Below are positions 1 through 13,128 of a DNA stretch of 64,000 nucleotides, piece after piece (the first letter of the stretch is position 1; every line of letters starts with the position of its first letter). The notes below the pieces were generated by a model. That model was given only the letters and a program-made list of their open reading frames with translations, was not told where the DNA came from and ran no database searches. The translations under genes were made by a program, and so were the position numbers. The stretch comes from Eledone cirrhosa (lineage: Eukaryota), in the NCBI GenBank assembly GCA_964016885.1, contig OZ024740.1, positions 83,638,001 to 83,702,000 of the forward strand, read 5' to 3'.

Positions 1-1960
1 CAACGTCCAACTTAACTAGAGATGAAGTGGACATCATTATAGCTGCTAGAAAGACACTCATTAGGTTTGACGGTAGACTGTGGGAAAGGAGAGACAGACC
101 CGGCAGTTTTGACATGACCATGGACTTGAGCGACTCCGCACAGGTGACGGACTTGGCGGGAATTTACCTACTCCATATGTTAGCAGAGGAGATTCCGCCA
201 TAGGCGGAGAGATATATAGGGACGACGCCCTATTTACCTTCCGCTCATTAAACTCTTTCCAGCTGGAGCGCATGCGGAAGCGCATCTCACATTTCCTTAA
301 GCAGCACAGGTTATCCGTGCTAATAGAAAATAGCACTAAGGCAGTAAATTTCCTAGACGTATCCTTGGAACTGGATACAGGCTTATACCGACCATATCAC
401 AAGCCCAACGAGAACTTGCAGTACGTAAACAGGCACTCAAACCACCCCAAATCGGTTATTGACGCTATAGTGAAGGGGGTATGCACCCTAGTATCCACAC
501 TGTCCTGCAACGTGGATGTGTTCAATCAGCACGCCGACTAGCTCAATGAGGCACTGGGCAGGGCCGGGTACACAAAAGCCATTGTGTACAGCCCGCACAA
601 GGGCAGGCCGCATAGCGAGGAACACAAACACCAGGATACCGCTAGTAATAACTTAGGCAGACAACCTACCCGTAAGCAAACACCTACCAGTGTAGATAGG
701 AGTATTAAACACGACAGTGATGGCAGCACAACGCATAGACAGTTGAGGGATCATGGGAACCCTAGGGAATACAACACATATGGACTGAAGAGTAGTAACT
801 CCATGGACCGAGCTAACCTTAGATAGTGAAGTAGATAACACAGCACGGAGCTTTAGGGGTAATACCAAGACTAAGAATGCCAGCAATGATACGCCAGGAT
901 ATTCGGGTGGCAGGACAGAGACGGAAAATAGGACTAGCAAGCGTGCCAGAACAACTTAGCGAGAGAAAGCCATTCCACAGACTTATGTAACAGTTCTATG
1001 CATAGGTATAGAATGGGGGGTCAATTAGGAGTAGGGCTTAACCCAAGAGAGCAGCTTGGCAATGCAAGCACTACTAGTAACAGACGACTAAATAGAAATA
1101 GATCTAGAAACGTAACATAGTTTAATGCACCATACTCGAAGCATGTACGCACTAACGTGCCAGGTCTCTTTAGAGCATTGGACGAGTGTTTCCCGGCTTC
1201 ACATAGGTACCATACAATTTTCAATCGGCACACCGTGAAGTTCTCATTTTTCACGGCACCCAACATGGCAGACTACATGGCCAGGGCCAACGCGTTGAAA
1301 TTGCGGACACCCCACAGGCGCAACGATCAGGCACCAGACCCGCCAGCGCTGTAGTGGTTGATGGTTCTGGAGATGCAACTAGATGCAGAGCCGCGATTGC
1401 GGAGAGCCCCATAGCTGCCAGCAGAGACCAGCTGGTGGTGGACATTGAGTCCACCACTCCGCCGGAGCACCACTCGAGGACTGGTGAGAACACATATAAG
1501 ACGCCAGGACCACGTAACTGGAGTTGCAAAAATGATGCACGGACATGTAACTGCCGTGTCCGTGAGGAGTGCTCCCTGCAGGGAATGTGCCTGACTAAGG
1601 GCGTTGTTTACAGATGTGTGGTTACCACGCACAACGATAGGCACACATACATCGGAGCTACATCCACGACTTTTAAGTCGAGGATGTACTACCACAAAAG
1701 CTCGTTCAAGGACAGGAACAAGAGACACTCAACCAGATTGGGAGACTCATGGAATAGGACCTCAGCTGGAGTATTGTACAGCATGCGAATGCGTACTCGG
1801 CCGGAGACAGGAAGTGCAAGTTATGCCTGTCCGAGGCTATGGAGTAAATAAAATTTAAGGGCGACGCAGACAACCTCAAGTCTGAAATAATCATGGCATT
1901 CAGACAGCAACGTAAATGCACAGTCTCCGCCCTAGTGATACCGGATGGATCTACATAGCG
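1..1960 (+). pseudogene. Decayed Penelope-like element (Naiad-type) RT + GIY-YIG coding region, cut by the window start; 3' UTR-like sequence continues to about 3400
   Basis: Fragmented ORFs give VNFLDVSLELDTGLYRPYHKPN (RT C-terminal part), HRYHTIFNRHTVKFSFFTAPNM, and CNCRVREECSLQGMC...VVYRC...YIGATSTTFKSRMYYHKSSF (CxCx5C linker + GIY-YIG). These are colinear with the 583-aa ORF at 56959-58710. Several stops and frameshifts. Confidence 0.92.
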
Positions 1961-3792
1961 CACCACTGGCACCGCAACACCAGGTGCAGCGCATGCCGCG
2001 GACCACCTTAGAACACTGCATAGCTATGAATGCATGACAGCACAAGCTGATAGCAATGACAGATCCAACGGTGCCTACCTCGTAGAACACCTTAATAACA
2101 GCACCACCCAATTTGCGGACGCTGACTCATTACAAGTAGGATTGTCTCTACAAACATGTGTGGTTTTAAATTTTAAAATTTTCAAATGTTCAACCTTTTA
2201 AATTTTTAAATTGTTGATTTCCGATATTCGATTAGTGGTGTTTAATTCGCTACTTGGATGTTGGACATGATGCTGGTCTTAAGGTTAATGTCGCATGTAT
2301 TGTAATGTTAATTTTAATTTTAATTTTGATTTCAAGTTTTAATTTTGTCGTTCCATGTCGTTCACACGCACACAACGCATGCCGGTGGCACATTACAATC
2401 ATACATACACTCCATGTGCATTCCATATATATTGTTATGAAACACATACCCTTTATATTACATGTATACATCAAACCCATGCACATGTCATATATACTTT
2501 TATGAAATGGATGTTACACATAACCACAATATATATAACTTGTTTGTGCACGCACGCACGGCCCACATCTATCCACAAGCAGCGAGACCTGCATCATGCG
2601 CAGACTTCCACCCAGACCTTAGACCACCAGCCCCCATGTATATCATATAAACATTTGCACCACAGCCCCTAACTATTGCATGCAACTTTATGCACACCTC
2701 GATAATTGCCCGGTCCCCCTCTGCATCCTTGTCATGTATGCATTCTCTTTTTCCATGTTATCGTATGTTATCTTATTTTATTTTATTATTGTATATCATT
2801 TCATTATTTTATGTCATGTACGTACAGGTTTTTTTCATATATGTGCCACCCACGCTATATGCGATTAGTGCAGGGATATTGTGTTGCCGTAACATTTAGG
2901 CGTATTGTGGAGGCATCTTCGGACTCACACCGCCACGTGATCTGGTTGGGTCAAAGCCTCAAATGCGTTGTCTCATACAATACTGAATGCATCATCTGCG
3001 CAGCGGCGCGTGGGAAGACTGATGAGGGGGGTACACATCAAGCATATTCCTCTGGTGTGGGAGCGCACGTGTGCATGTATGTATGTGTGTCCACACAGAC
3101 ATGCATGAGCACGGGTGTGCGCATGCCTGGGTCGATGTATTTGTCTGAGCATGTCTGCATGGGGTTATGTATGTGCGGCGTCTTGGCTATGCGCGCTCCC
3201 CCAAGTCCAGTGTGTGAGTGTAAAATTGGGTGTATTTGTTGAAAACACCTTTGATATAGCCCTTCTGTTTGAAAGGCTGTTGAAAGCTTTCTTTTAAAAA
3301 CGTTTTTAAAAACGTTCTTAATACAGGTTTTTTCTTTTTCGTTTTCTTTTTCTTTTTGAAATATGTATGGTGGAGTGTATTCTAAGGCTGTGTCCTACCA
3401 ATGTTACGCTAAATATCCCTATGATTTGTTTGTTTAAAAAATTCCCGCAAAGCATTATTTATGTTGAATGCCGCATACAGCATAATTGCGGGTGTACCTG
3501 ACCGATGTGGAGTAAGGCGCCTAGGGGCAATGAAGACGTCGAAGTGGTGCCAGCCGTTCAAGTTTACAGCCCCTCTTCCACCACAGTAGTAATTCTGATA
3601 CATGAAGAAATTTTGATTGACAGGTGGAGAACGAGAAGAATCAAGAAGTGGGCAACCATGAGTGGCTAGAAATACCGGTGGCGTGTACAATTCTTAACCA
3701 CTTATGGAATGACAACAACAGGATCTAAATCAACTAACAAAGAAATTCGATGTTAAACGTCAATTGGAAAATCTGCTTCATAGAATCCAGAC

Positions 3793-3881
3793 GTATCCGA
3801 CGACCGCGCGATTTCAGAGTCAGGTTTGATCACCATATCGATCGTGCCTCGATCTGGTCGCCCGAGAAACAATTGTAATAT
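3793..3881 (+). ncRNA. Type I hammerhead-like motif with variant core CCGACGA and long stem II
   Basis: gtat-CCGACGA-ccgcgcgat...gtcgcccga-GAAAC-aatt-GTA-atat. Stem I gtat/atat; stem II base cgcgcgat/gtcgcccg; palindromic stem III CAATTG. Confidence 0.6.
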
Positions 3882-3925
3882 ATCCAATAATTTCCTTTCG
3901 TCGCAACACTGATTGTATTTTTTCT

Positions 3926-4012
<87 letters not shown>

Positions 4013-4112
4013 TATATCAAAGAAAAAAGACAATCAGTGTTGCGACGAAAGGAAATTATTGGATATATTACAATTGTTTCTCGGGCAACCAGATCGAGAT
4101 ACGATCGATATG
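3834..4112. repeat. Inverted repeat (~97-bp arms) around a (TA)n tract
   Basis: 3834-3930 is the near-exact reverse complement of 4016-4112. Confidence 0.9.
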
Positions 4113-4116
4113 TGTA

Positions 4117-4226
<110 letters not shown>

Positions 4227-4231
4227 CTTAT

Positions 4232-4471
4232 TTGTATAGGATTTTTTCGATGGAGTCATAAATTGAGAAATCACTTACAGTATGGAATTCCTATCAAACA
4301 ACAACATAGTAATGATCTTATTTTCTTATTTTGAATTATTTATGCATGTATAAACATGCATAAATAATTAAAAATAAGAAAATAAGATCATTACTATGTT
4401 GTTGTTTGATAGGAATTCCATACTGTAAGCGATTTCTCAATGTGTGACTCCATCGAAAAAATCCTATACAA
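4232..4471. repeat. Palindrome with ~118-bp arms and 4-nt spacer
   Basis: 4232-4349 versus 4354-4471; centre tatgcatgt-ataa-acatgcata; few mismatches. Confidence 0.92.
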
Positions 4472-6229
4472 TTTATGCAATGATTTGCTTCCAATATGCT
4501 GTGGTACTCTCTTCTATTGTGGATGATATTTACATCGGGGTTGATTTCATACATGACATAGAATTCACAATATATGTAGAATAAATACATAACAGATCAT
4601 AGGAAGTCACAAAGCCTAGAACTAGTTTGAATTGATAATTCATCACCAGATGACTTTAAATTGGATTTACACCTTGTGGGTATACATCAATAATAAAACT
4701 CCCAGAAAAAAAAATAGTATATGCAATTTTATTTACTTTCTTCCGATGGAATATTTCTTGGGGAAATCTAATCTTGAAGTATTGACATTATATATACAAA
4801 TGGCTTCCGAAATTGATTCCAGCTGCATTTTGTGAGAATATAACCCTGGTATAAATAGAAAACGTTATTGATGTCTTGACACTGAATACATTTCAATCAA
4901 ATTCCCTAATAAATTATTTCCACCTAAAAGGTTGTATGAGGGAATTGTAGCTGAATCTATCAATAGTGTTAATAATGCCTAATCTAGCATTATACCATGC
5001 CCATATATGACAGAAAAGTGCTGTTGATTCAGCGTATCTTCCTGTGCAGATATACTATAGGGAACTACAATTAACACACATTGAAATTAGAAATGGAGAA
5101 ACTGTTTAATTTCATTTGTCTGATCATTATCTTGTCTGAAGCGATTGATGGGCAACATTATTTTTCATTGATATATTAAATTTGCTGATAACATACTTAT
5201 ATAGTTAACCAGGAATATATAATTGCATACCGCATTCGCGAGTCCGGCTTTTATATACGTCTTTCTCTTCCTCGGTTTCTTGCCTAGTCATCTCTTTTAT
5301 CTCCAATATCAACTAACTATTTCTCACCACTTCAACTAAACAGTTAACAATTTCATCCACTTCACCATTTCCATATTTATTTTTCATCGTATTTCACCTC
5401 ATTCCAGAAGCCTAAAGTATCTCTTTTTAACATTCACTTTCTCTCACTGCCACCTCTCCTGCACTTGTATCACCAAAAAGCGTATTCCAATGTTTCATAA
5501 TAATTTGTAGAACGTTTGACTGCTGCAGTCATATTTGGTTCGATTCCCTTGTTTTATACATATATACTCTTTGATAGGAATGTTCTCAATTGCTATACAA
5601 GATTTAAAAAAAGGAAATAGACAGTTGCATACTTAATCTAATGAGGGGATGAATTAAAATCAATTCAAAGTAAGCCGGATATATATTAATCTGTATTTTT
5701 TTTGCCAATAATATAGAAAATATATATAAGAATAAGTAAATATTTTAATGATAGCCAGTAGCAAGAAGTTGTAATTTCATTTCGCCTTGTAAATACATTA
5801 TAGAAATATATAAGATAATTTTTAGTGTCTTAAGTTATTTCAATACAAATCGGTTTCTACTTCTAATACGAGGGCAGTATAAATTACGTAAATTTGTGGA
5901 TCTATTTCATTTGTTTCAACACAATAATGTCCTATATAAAATGGATAAAACCATTTAGGCAGACTTTAATCTAAAAACCGTATATTCTTATAGAATGAAT
6001 ATCTGGGTTTATCACGCATTTTCTCTCTTCGGAGATGTTGCACATGAAGACAAATTGATTACATAGGTCTATAGATATATTGTTTGTTAAAACCTGTAAA
6101 TATATTATATGAACACACTAATTATTTGTTAAATATTACAGTTAGCAATAATGAGCTATGTATAACAATTAAAAGATCGGATTTACTAAATCATTTATTT
6201 GTAATACATATTCTTAAGAATGGAAGGTA

Positions 6230-6905
6230 CCGTCGGCTAAAGACCTCCTCTAACACCTGTTTCTTAAAACTACCACACAACAACAGAAACATAAACTTCA
6301 GAGGCATCGCTAAAAAAGGACTAGACATGCAATTACCTCACTCCGACCCTTCTAATACCTATCCAGAGATAGCAACAACCAATGCACGCTGACTAAATGC
6401 CTATCCGCGACATAGTTATGTGCAATTGGACACCGGATTGAATACAACAAATGTAAGGAATTTTATATTGGTAGCACTTTTCGAGCACTCCACACACGCA
6501 TTAAAATATACCTCAACAAACTCGCATCGATCATTAAAAAAACACAAAAACAAATCCAGAAACACCAACAAAAATATAATAATCAATATTAAAGCCAGAG
6601 AGAGAAATGTGGGCAATTTAAAATTAAAGGAAACCAAGGTTATACGTAAACTCAGCCCACAAATTAATAACAGATTGGAACTCCGCACAATAGAGCACGC
6701 TTATTAACATGAGTACACATGATCTGGTAATTCAAATTTACATCTGTGATACATTCCACTTTGTTATACTACGTTTTTGTAAAGAAGGGTTTTAATGCAT
6801 TATATTTCTAATTTCCTCTAACACGTCCAAGCGCCTGAACAATAGGTCACAAATTTGCTGCCGCTTACAATATTGGGCCTTGAAACGCTAGGTCAAGCAT
6901 ATGTT
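6230..6905 (+). mobile_element. Decayed PLE 3' fragment (GIY-YIG endonuclease) ending in a degenerate hammerhead remnant
   Basis: NKCKEFYIGST (~6445) and GNLKLKETKVIRKLSPQINNRLEL resemble the PLE endonuclease end. At 6830-6900: CTGAACA...ttgggcctt-GAAAC-gctag-GTC. Confidence 0.65.
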
Positions 6906-7194
6906 CCGTATATGAACATATATAAATATAATTGTTTCTACTTTTGGCACAAGGCCAGCAATTATCCCAGAATATAAATATATAAATATAATATATATAC
7001 ATATATATATCGTCAATCGATCGACTTTCGTCAAATCGGACCGAGGAAACAATGTTTCCATGGGTCTTTCCAATTCCTAATATTATCTATCGGTCGCAAC
7101 TCCAGGTAGAAGGAGCAACGTGAAATAAAATGCCTTGCTCAAGGACATAACTCATCACCCGCTCCGCAAATACAGTTCTCTTACCACGCGCCTT

Positions 7195-7295
<101 letters not shown>

Positions 7296-7302
7296 GTACA
7301 TA

Positions 7303-7363
<61 letters not shown>

Positions 7364-7556
7364 CCGCATGACACAACTATATATGTACATATATATATAT
7401 ATATATGTACATATATAGTTGTTATATAGTAAGTTGTATTATTGGTTGTGCCATACGGTCCAATAAACTTTTGTTAGTAATATTAAGTTCTCCACGCTTT
7501 TGTATATCTCCAATTCCATTTATGGGAACTGCTAGATGATGTAAAACGGAGTATTT

Positions 7557-7933
7557 GTATCAAAATAAAGATCCTAAGGCATGGTATAAATTTCCAATCA
7601 TTTTAATAACGACACATGTTTAAATAAGAGATAGATCAATCGTGTGGCCATGATCAATTATCACTGATCTCATCAGGTGAAAATGAATTGGCTTCAAATC
7701 CTTGATATGAGGGAGAACATTTAACGATGTTCACTCGGGACAAAACTTTAGTGAGTGAATATCGTTAAATTGTCTCTCTCATATCAAGGATTTGAAGCCA
7801 ATTTATTTTCACATAATGAGATCAGTGATAATCGATCATGGCCATACGATCGATCTATGTTTTATTGAAACATGTGTCGTGAGTAAAGTGATACGAAATT
7901 CATGCCATGCCTTCGGATCTTTATTTTGATACA
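7557..7933. repeat. Inverted repeat (~180-bp arms, 16-nt spacer); each arm carries a mutated hammerhead
   Basis: 7557-7736 versus 7753-7933. The left arm (minus) has ttcac-CTGATGA...tAAAC-atgt-GTC. The right arm (plus) has ttcac-aTaATGA...GAAAC-atgt-GTC-gtgag. Confidence 0.88.
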
Positions 7934-8066
7934 TATATATATATATATGTACATATATATATGTATATATATATATATATATACATATATATGTGTGTGT
8001 GTATATATTTACATTTATATATATACATGTGTGTGTGTATATATATATATATAACTATATATATAC

Positions 8067-8177
<111 letters not shown>

Positions 8178-8182
8178 CATAT

Positions 8183-8293
<111 letters not shown>

Positions 8294-9905
8294 AACACAT
8301 ATATATATATATATTGGTGTTACTGCAGGTTCACCCGGGTGAGCACTCGATGTTTAGGTCCACTTCTGTGATGAGGTGTAGAGCTATACAGAGTGTAATA
8401 TATTGAAAGGATAACAAGGACGGCGATTTACTCCTTCGTTACATTTATTGGTAGGTGACGTTTCGCCGCTGATCAGCTCAATTTTCGATCTGTATCGATC
8501 CTACCCGACTCAATGATTGGCAGCTCGACACCCTAAATGGGGAGTGCCTCGTTAAAAACATTTTTTACCGGTGTGATGTCACAGCCGGCAATAAAGAGTA
8601 TTCATATAGGTGCGACATCCTCTACGTTTAAGGAGCGCTGGTATAACCATAGAAGCTCCTTTAAATATAGGCTGAAACGATCCCAAACAAGACTGGCCGA
8701 TTTGATCTGAGACCTCAAGGACAAGAACATCGAACCCCGTATCTCGTGGTCAGTGAAAGGACGCGTGGCACAACTCCCCAGTGACAGAAACCACTGCAGG
8801 TTATGTCTGGCTGAGGCGGCAGAAATAATTAAATTAAAATCTGCCATAAACTATAGGTCGGACATAATTGGCAATTACAGACACACCAGGCTGAACACAT
8901 TTTCCGCACAAACATTCGGTGGAGGGCTGCACACAGCATAATAATAACCACCTCTGCCGCTCCTCACCATCGCCCATCTCAGTGAATTTATTTTAATGTA
9001 TTTCATGTAACCATTTGTAAGCCCGTAGTTTGTATATCATGCCGCATATATCACCCCCACCAAAAATCACATCGCCATAGACCCCTCATCTTTGCAACAT
9101 TGTGTTCTATCTGGCCTCTCTGTCAGGTTTTACCTTGCAAACAATAGTAACATCTGATCCTGTAAATATAATGTCGATCATATCACACCATCGCCACCAC
9201 CACCACCACCACAACACACATCGTCATATGTCTACCATCCACACCCGCAACCCCATTCCCCCATGTTCCCCCTGTTTACCCTACCCTACAACCCCACGCT
9301 AAATTCGACCCTGTAAATGTACTGTCGCACACACCACCACCGCCACCACTAGATACATCCACATATTTCAACAATCATTAACATCATTAACAGCATCAAC
9401 ACATATCATCTCTCACTCCCAGATCGACTGTGTTATATCCGCCATCCGTCTGCCTTACCCTGTAACCCACCGTAAGATCTGATCATGTAATCATTTTGCT
9501 GAACATATTAGCCCAGCACCACCACCACCACCATAACCACAACACACATCGCTATACGTCCATAAACTTTTTTTTACCCCGCGTTCCCTATGTCACCTTT
9601 CAACCTGTAACCCATCGTAATATTCGATCCTGTTTATTGTTGTCGCTCACAACTCCACCACCACAAGACACAACTCCATACCTCAACATCCATTAACTTC
9701 ATCAACACCGCCAACACATACCTTCCCTCTCGAAGCAACGCAAGTGTGTGTGTCTGTGTGTAAGCATTATTTTATATATATGTGCGTATACATGTATGTA
9801 TATGTATGTATGTATATATATATATACAACGAAGGAAATGTGGTAAGGAACCAGGTCGACCATAACGCACCAAAGTACTCAATACTTAGGGCAGTAGAGT
9901 GGGTA

Positions 9906-9984
9906 ATAGGAACGAGTAGGACCCCGACAGCTGAGCTCAAGCCGTCGAAACGGCTTGAGCTCAGCCGTCGGGGTCCTACTCGTT

Positions 9985-9989
<5 letters not shown>
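9906..9989. repeat. 40-bp near-perfect hairpin (39/40) with CGAA loop, built from a hammerhead 3' half
   Basis: 9906-9945 versus 9950-9989; reads GAAAC-ggct-tgagctc-agcc-GTC-ggggtcc. Confidence 0.9.
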
Positions 9990-10013
<24 letters not shown>

Positions 10014-10021
<8 letters not shown>

Positions 10022-10664
10022 ATATTTGGGGAGGGTCATATTTGCGTAATATTGCCAGAATTAATAACAGAACACACTCACTGTTTGGTTGGTTTTCGTT
10101 TCTCGCTGTCTTTTATATATATATATCTGCGATCTAACTTACTCGGTCCTCAATGTTGCCATTGACTGACCGGCGGTCAAAAATAATACAGATACATTAT
10201 AGACAAACACATATATATATAGTTTACATAAATCTTTCGTTGCACATCTGCAACATCGTCAGTGGTGTTATATTCATTGTTCCTCCTGTTGTGTTGTATG
10301 TCTACGCCATTTTTTTTGTTCAGTCTGTCTATATATTAGAAATATATAGACAGACTGAACAAAAAAAATGGCGTAGACATACAACACAACAGGAGGAACA
10401 ATGAATATAACACCACTGACGATGTTGCAGATGTGCAACGAAAGATTTATGTAAACTATATATATATGTGTTTGTCTATAATGTATCTGTATTATTTTTG
10501 ACCGCCGGTCAGTCAATGGCAACATTGAGGACCGAGTAAGTTAGATCGCAGATATATATATATAAAAGACAGCGAGAAGCGAAAACCAACCAAACAGTGA
10601 GTGTGTTCTGTTATTAATTCTGGCAATATTACGCAAATATGACCCTCCCCAAATATAACAATAT
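10014..10664. repeat. Near-perfect palindrome with 324-bp arms and 3-nt spacer
   Basis: 10014-10337 versus 10341-10664. Mirror ORFs 10153..10404(+) and 10274..10525(-) translate almost identically. One arm mismatch seen. Confidence 0.95.
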
Positions 10665-10718
10665 CTGTTTCGACACACGATTTCATATAAAAAACCTCGC
10701 AAAACTAATTCATCGCCG

Positions 10719-10759
<41 letters not shown>

Positions 10760-11566
10760 TATATGTATATGTATGTGTGTGTATATATGTATGTATGTAT
10801 GTGTATGTGTATGTTTATATATACGTGTGTGTACGTGTATGTGTGCATATCCGTATGTGTGTATGTGTGTATGTATGTGTAAGTCTATATGTACAACACC
10901 ATCTCCATTGGCTCTCACCTTCCCTCTATTTTTGTTCAACGGCACCCCCACCGATACTCCCCCATTCTCCCTATATATATCCACACGTGCGCATGCACAT
11001 CCACATGTGTGTATACATGCATATAGATATATGTATGTGTGGATCTATGTGGCCGCGTATATGTGTGTGTACGTATGTATATATATCAGTATATATACGC
11101 ATGTATATATATATATATATACAACGTATTTGTCAGAATGAGAGTGTCTAGGTATGTATCTCCCCATGGAATCGACACCACTAACACATCCACCACACCA
11201 CCACAAACGTCAATACCATAAACAACAACACCACAACCACACCCCACACACGCCAACCCGTCTACCGACAACCCACTACCCCCGCACCACAGCCCATCCC
11301 TGTCAGTGCCCGTCACCACCATCTTATCATCACATCCACCCCCCACATACACTACAGGCCAAAGCCAACACCCCACCACCACATCACAGCCCATCGCAGC
11401 CAGCGACTGTCACCAACATATTATCATCACATCCACCCCCACATACACTACAGGCCAGTACATCCCTTTGATCCTTCCCACCAATCAAAACAACCCATAT
11501 TGTCAAACTCATGAACTTCTGTCTTTACCACATAGCATGTATTTCATTTTCTTATAGAATTTTAAA

Positions 11567-11653
11567 GGGTCCGTCGAGCTGCCGATCATTAAGTCGGGTA
11601 GGATCGATACAGATCGAACCTTGAGCTGATCAGTGGCGAAACGCGCGTCACCT
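11567..11653 (+). ncRNA. Hammerhead-like motif (CCG-type core, long stem II) in PLE pLTR
   Basis: gggt-CCGTCGA-gctgccgatc...gatcagtggc-GAAAC-gcgc-GTC-acct, then AATAAA. A degraded inverted copy lies at 8453-8533. Confidence 0.6.
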
Positions 11654-11700
11654 ACCAATAAATGTAATGAAGGAGTAACCAATCGTCCTTATTTTCGTTT

Positions 11701-11762
<62 letters not shown>

Positions 11763-11784
11763 AAACGATAACAAGGATATATAT

Positions 11785-12051
11785 ATAAATCAGGAGAGAA
11801 GAGTGACACGGTTTGCTATACAAAAAATGTGTTTAATCTCATTGCTGACAATTCTTTCTCTGAACTGGTAGAAAGCTTTCTCACGAGCTCCGATGAATTG
11901 ACTGGTTATAACTTTGTATTGGTGATCGAGTAACGTAAAAATAAGCGGATAGCGATCTCTAGACCTACCAGTTCAGAGAAAGAATTGTCAGCAATGAGAT
12001 TAAACACCTTTTTTGTATAGCAAACCGTGTCACTCTTCTTTCATGATTTAT
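11785..12051. repeat. Inverted repeat (~87-bp arms) overlapping a CCGATGA hammerhead-like motif (11887-11992, plus strand)
   Basis: 11785-11871 versus 11965-12051; gct-CCGATGA-attgactgg...ccagttcaga-GAAAg-aatt-GTC-agc. Confidence 0.85.
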
Positions 12052-12315
12052 TATTACTCCAAGTGTTTACAACATAGGAATTACACCGTACTCGCAGCAT
12101 CACTATGGAAACGCCTTGTTGAGTCAAACTTAGCCAAGCGTTGATATCATCCACTACCCGGAGTACCATAATTGGACTACACCTAAGTGGACTACCTATA
12201 ACAATAATTTGTTACCCGTATATATATATATATCAAAGGTATATATTGAGTTAGGAACTGAAAATAGTCTCTTCCAACAAAATAGCTGTAAGAAAGAAAT
12301 ATTTCTGAGCCGTAT

Positions 12316-12665
12316 ATTATAATAGAATATAAAAGAAAAACGAGCACAAATATATACATATATATGTTCAAATCATAAGGGACCAGATTTGCTAAGGTGA
12401 AAAGAATACTAACTATAGACATTTGGGTTTGCTTGTCTCAATTTAAGAAAAAATCAGGTAAATAAATACAAACAGGAATTGTGGTAACTACCAATCACCC
12501 AGGCAACTTGGTGTTGTTTCGCAATGTCAAGCTGAATTGTTTACCAAGTCAAGCTGAATTGTCTATAGTTAGTATTTTTTTCACCTTAGCAAATCTGGTC
12601 CCTTACGATTTCAACATATATATGTATATATCTGTGTTCGTTTTTCTTTTATATTCTATTATAAT
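12316..12665. repeat. Inverted repeat with ~106-bp arms
   Basis: 12316-12421 versus 12560-12665. Confidence 0.85.
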
Positions 12666-12948
12666 TAAATATATATATATCAACTAAGATAGGTAAGGGC
12701 GGTTTAATTCACCACGATTGTTTAATAAACAATTATGGTGAATTGATCCCATCTTAACTACCTTTATTTGATAAACGAATACTCCGTGACTCATAATCCC
12801 CAACATCTACTTGGGATCACCTACTGACGTGAAGTGTTTTGGGGTCACTGAGACCGGCTTATCCTCAAGAATTGATGACGTAACAACTATTTATAAGCAA
12901 CATTCTTCTGCAAGTATATATATATATATACATATAAATATATATATT

Positions 12949-12983
12949 AACGAAGTTAATTTTATCTGTTGACTTACACTTCT

Positions 12984-13021
<38 letters not shown>

Positions 13022-13056
13022 GAAGTGTAAGTCAACAGATTAAAATTAACTTCGTT
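12949..13056. repeat. Inverted repeat (~42-bp arms) around (TA)n
   Basis: 12949-12990 versus 13014-13056. Confidence 0.85.
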
Positions 13057-13067
13057 TAATCATATTC

Positions 13068-13128
13068 GCTGTTATATATCTCTTTCGGTGATAACCATTA
13101 TTCAATCGCTATGACTTCATCAGACAGC
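13068..13128 (-). ncRNA. Type I hammerhead, partly decayed; same family as 61989-62046
   Basis: Minus strand: gctgt-CTGATGA-agtcatagcgattgaataatggttatcacc-GAAA-gagatata-TA-acagc. Confidence 0.7.

Larger units (their letters stand above)
8313..11705 (+). mobile_element. 5'-truncated PLE: inverted pLTR (8313-8535), GIY-YIG C-terminus (8550-8941), ACC-rich 3' UTR with nested insertions, terminal pLTR with HHR and AATAAA
   Basis: Translation gives IGATSSTFKERWYNHRSSF...DLKDKNIEPRISWSVK...HCRLCLAEAAEII. 8400-8535 is the reverse complement of 11565-11705. Confidence 0.82.

Noticed and set aside
3015-3260. Hammerhead in the 3' UTR of the first PLE (CTGATGA at ~3019)
   Set aside because: No properly placed GAAA, stem III or stem I could be found.
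3409-3690. 93-aa ORF as a host exon
   Set aside because: No recognisable domain; it lies between repeat fragments.
12815-12862. Hammerhead-like CTGACGTGA...GAGACCGG
   Set aside because: Several core mismatches and no stem I.
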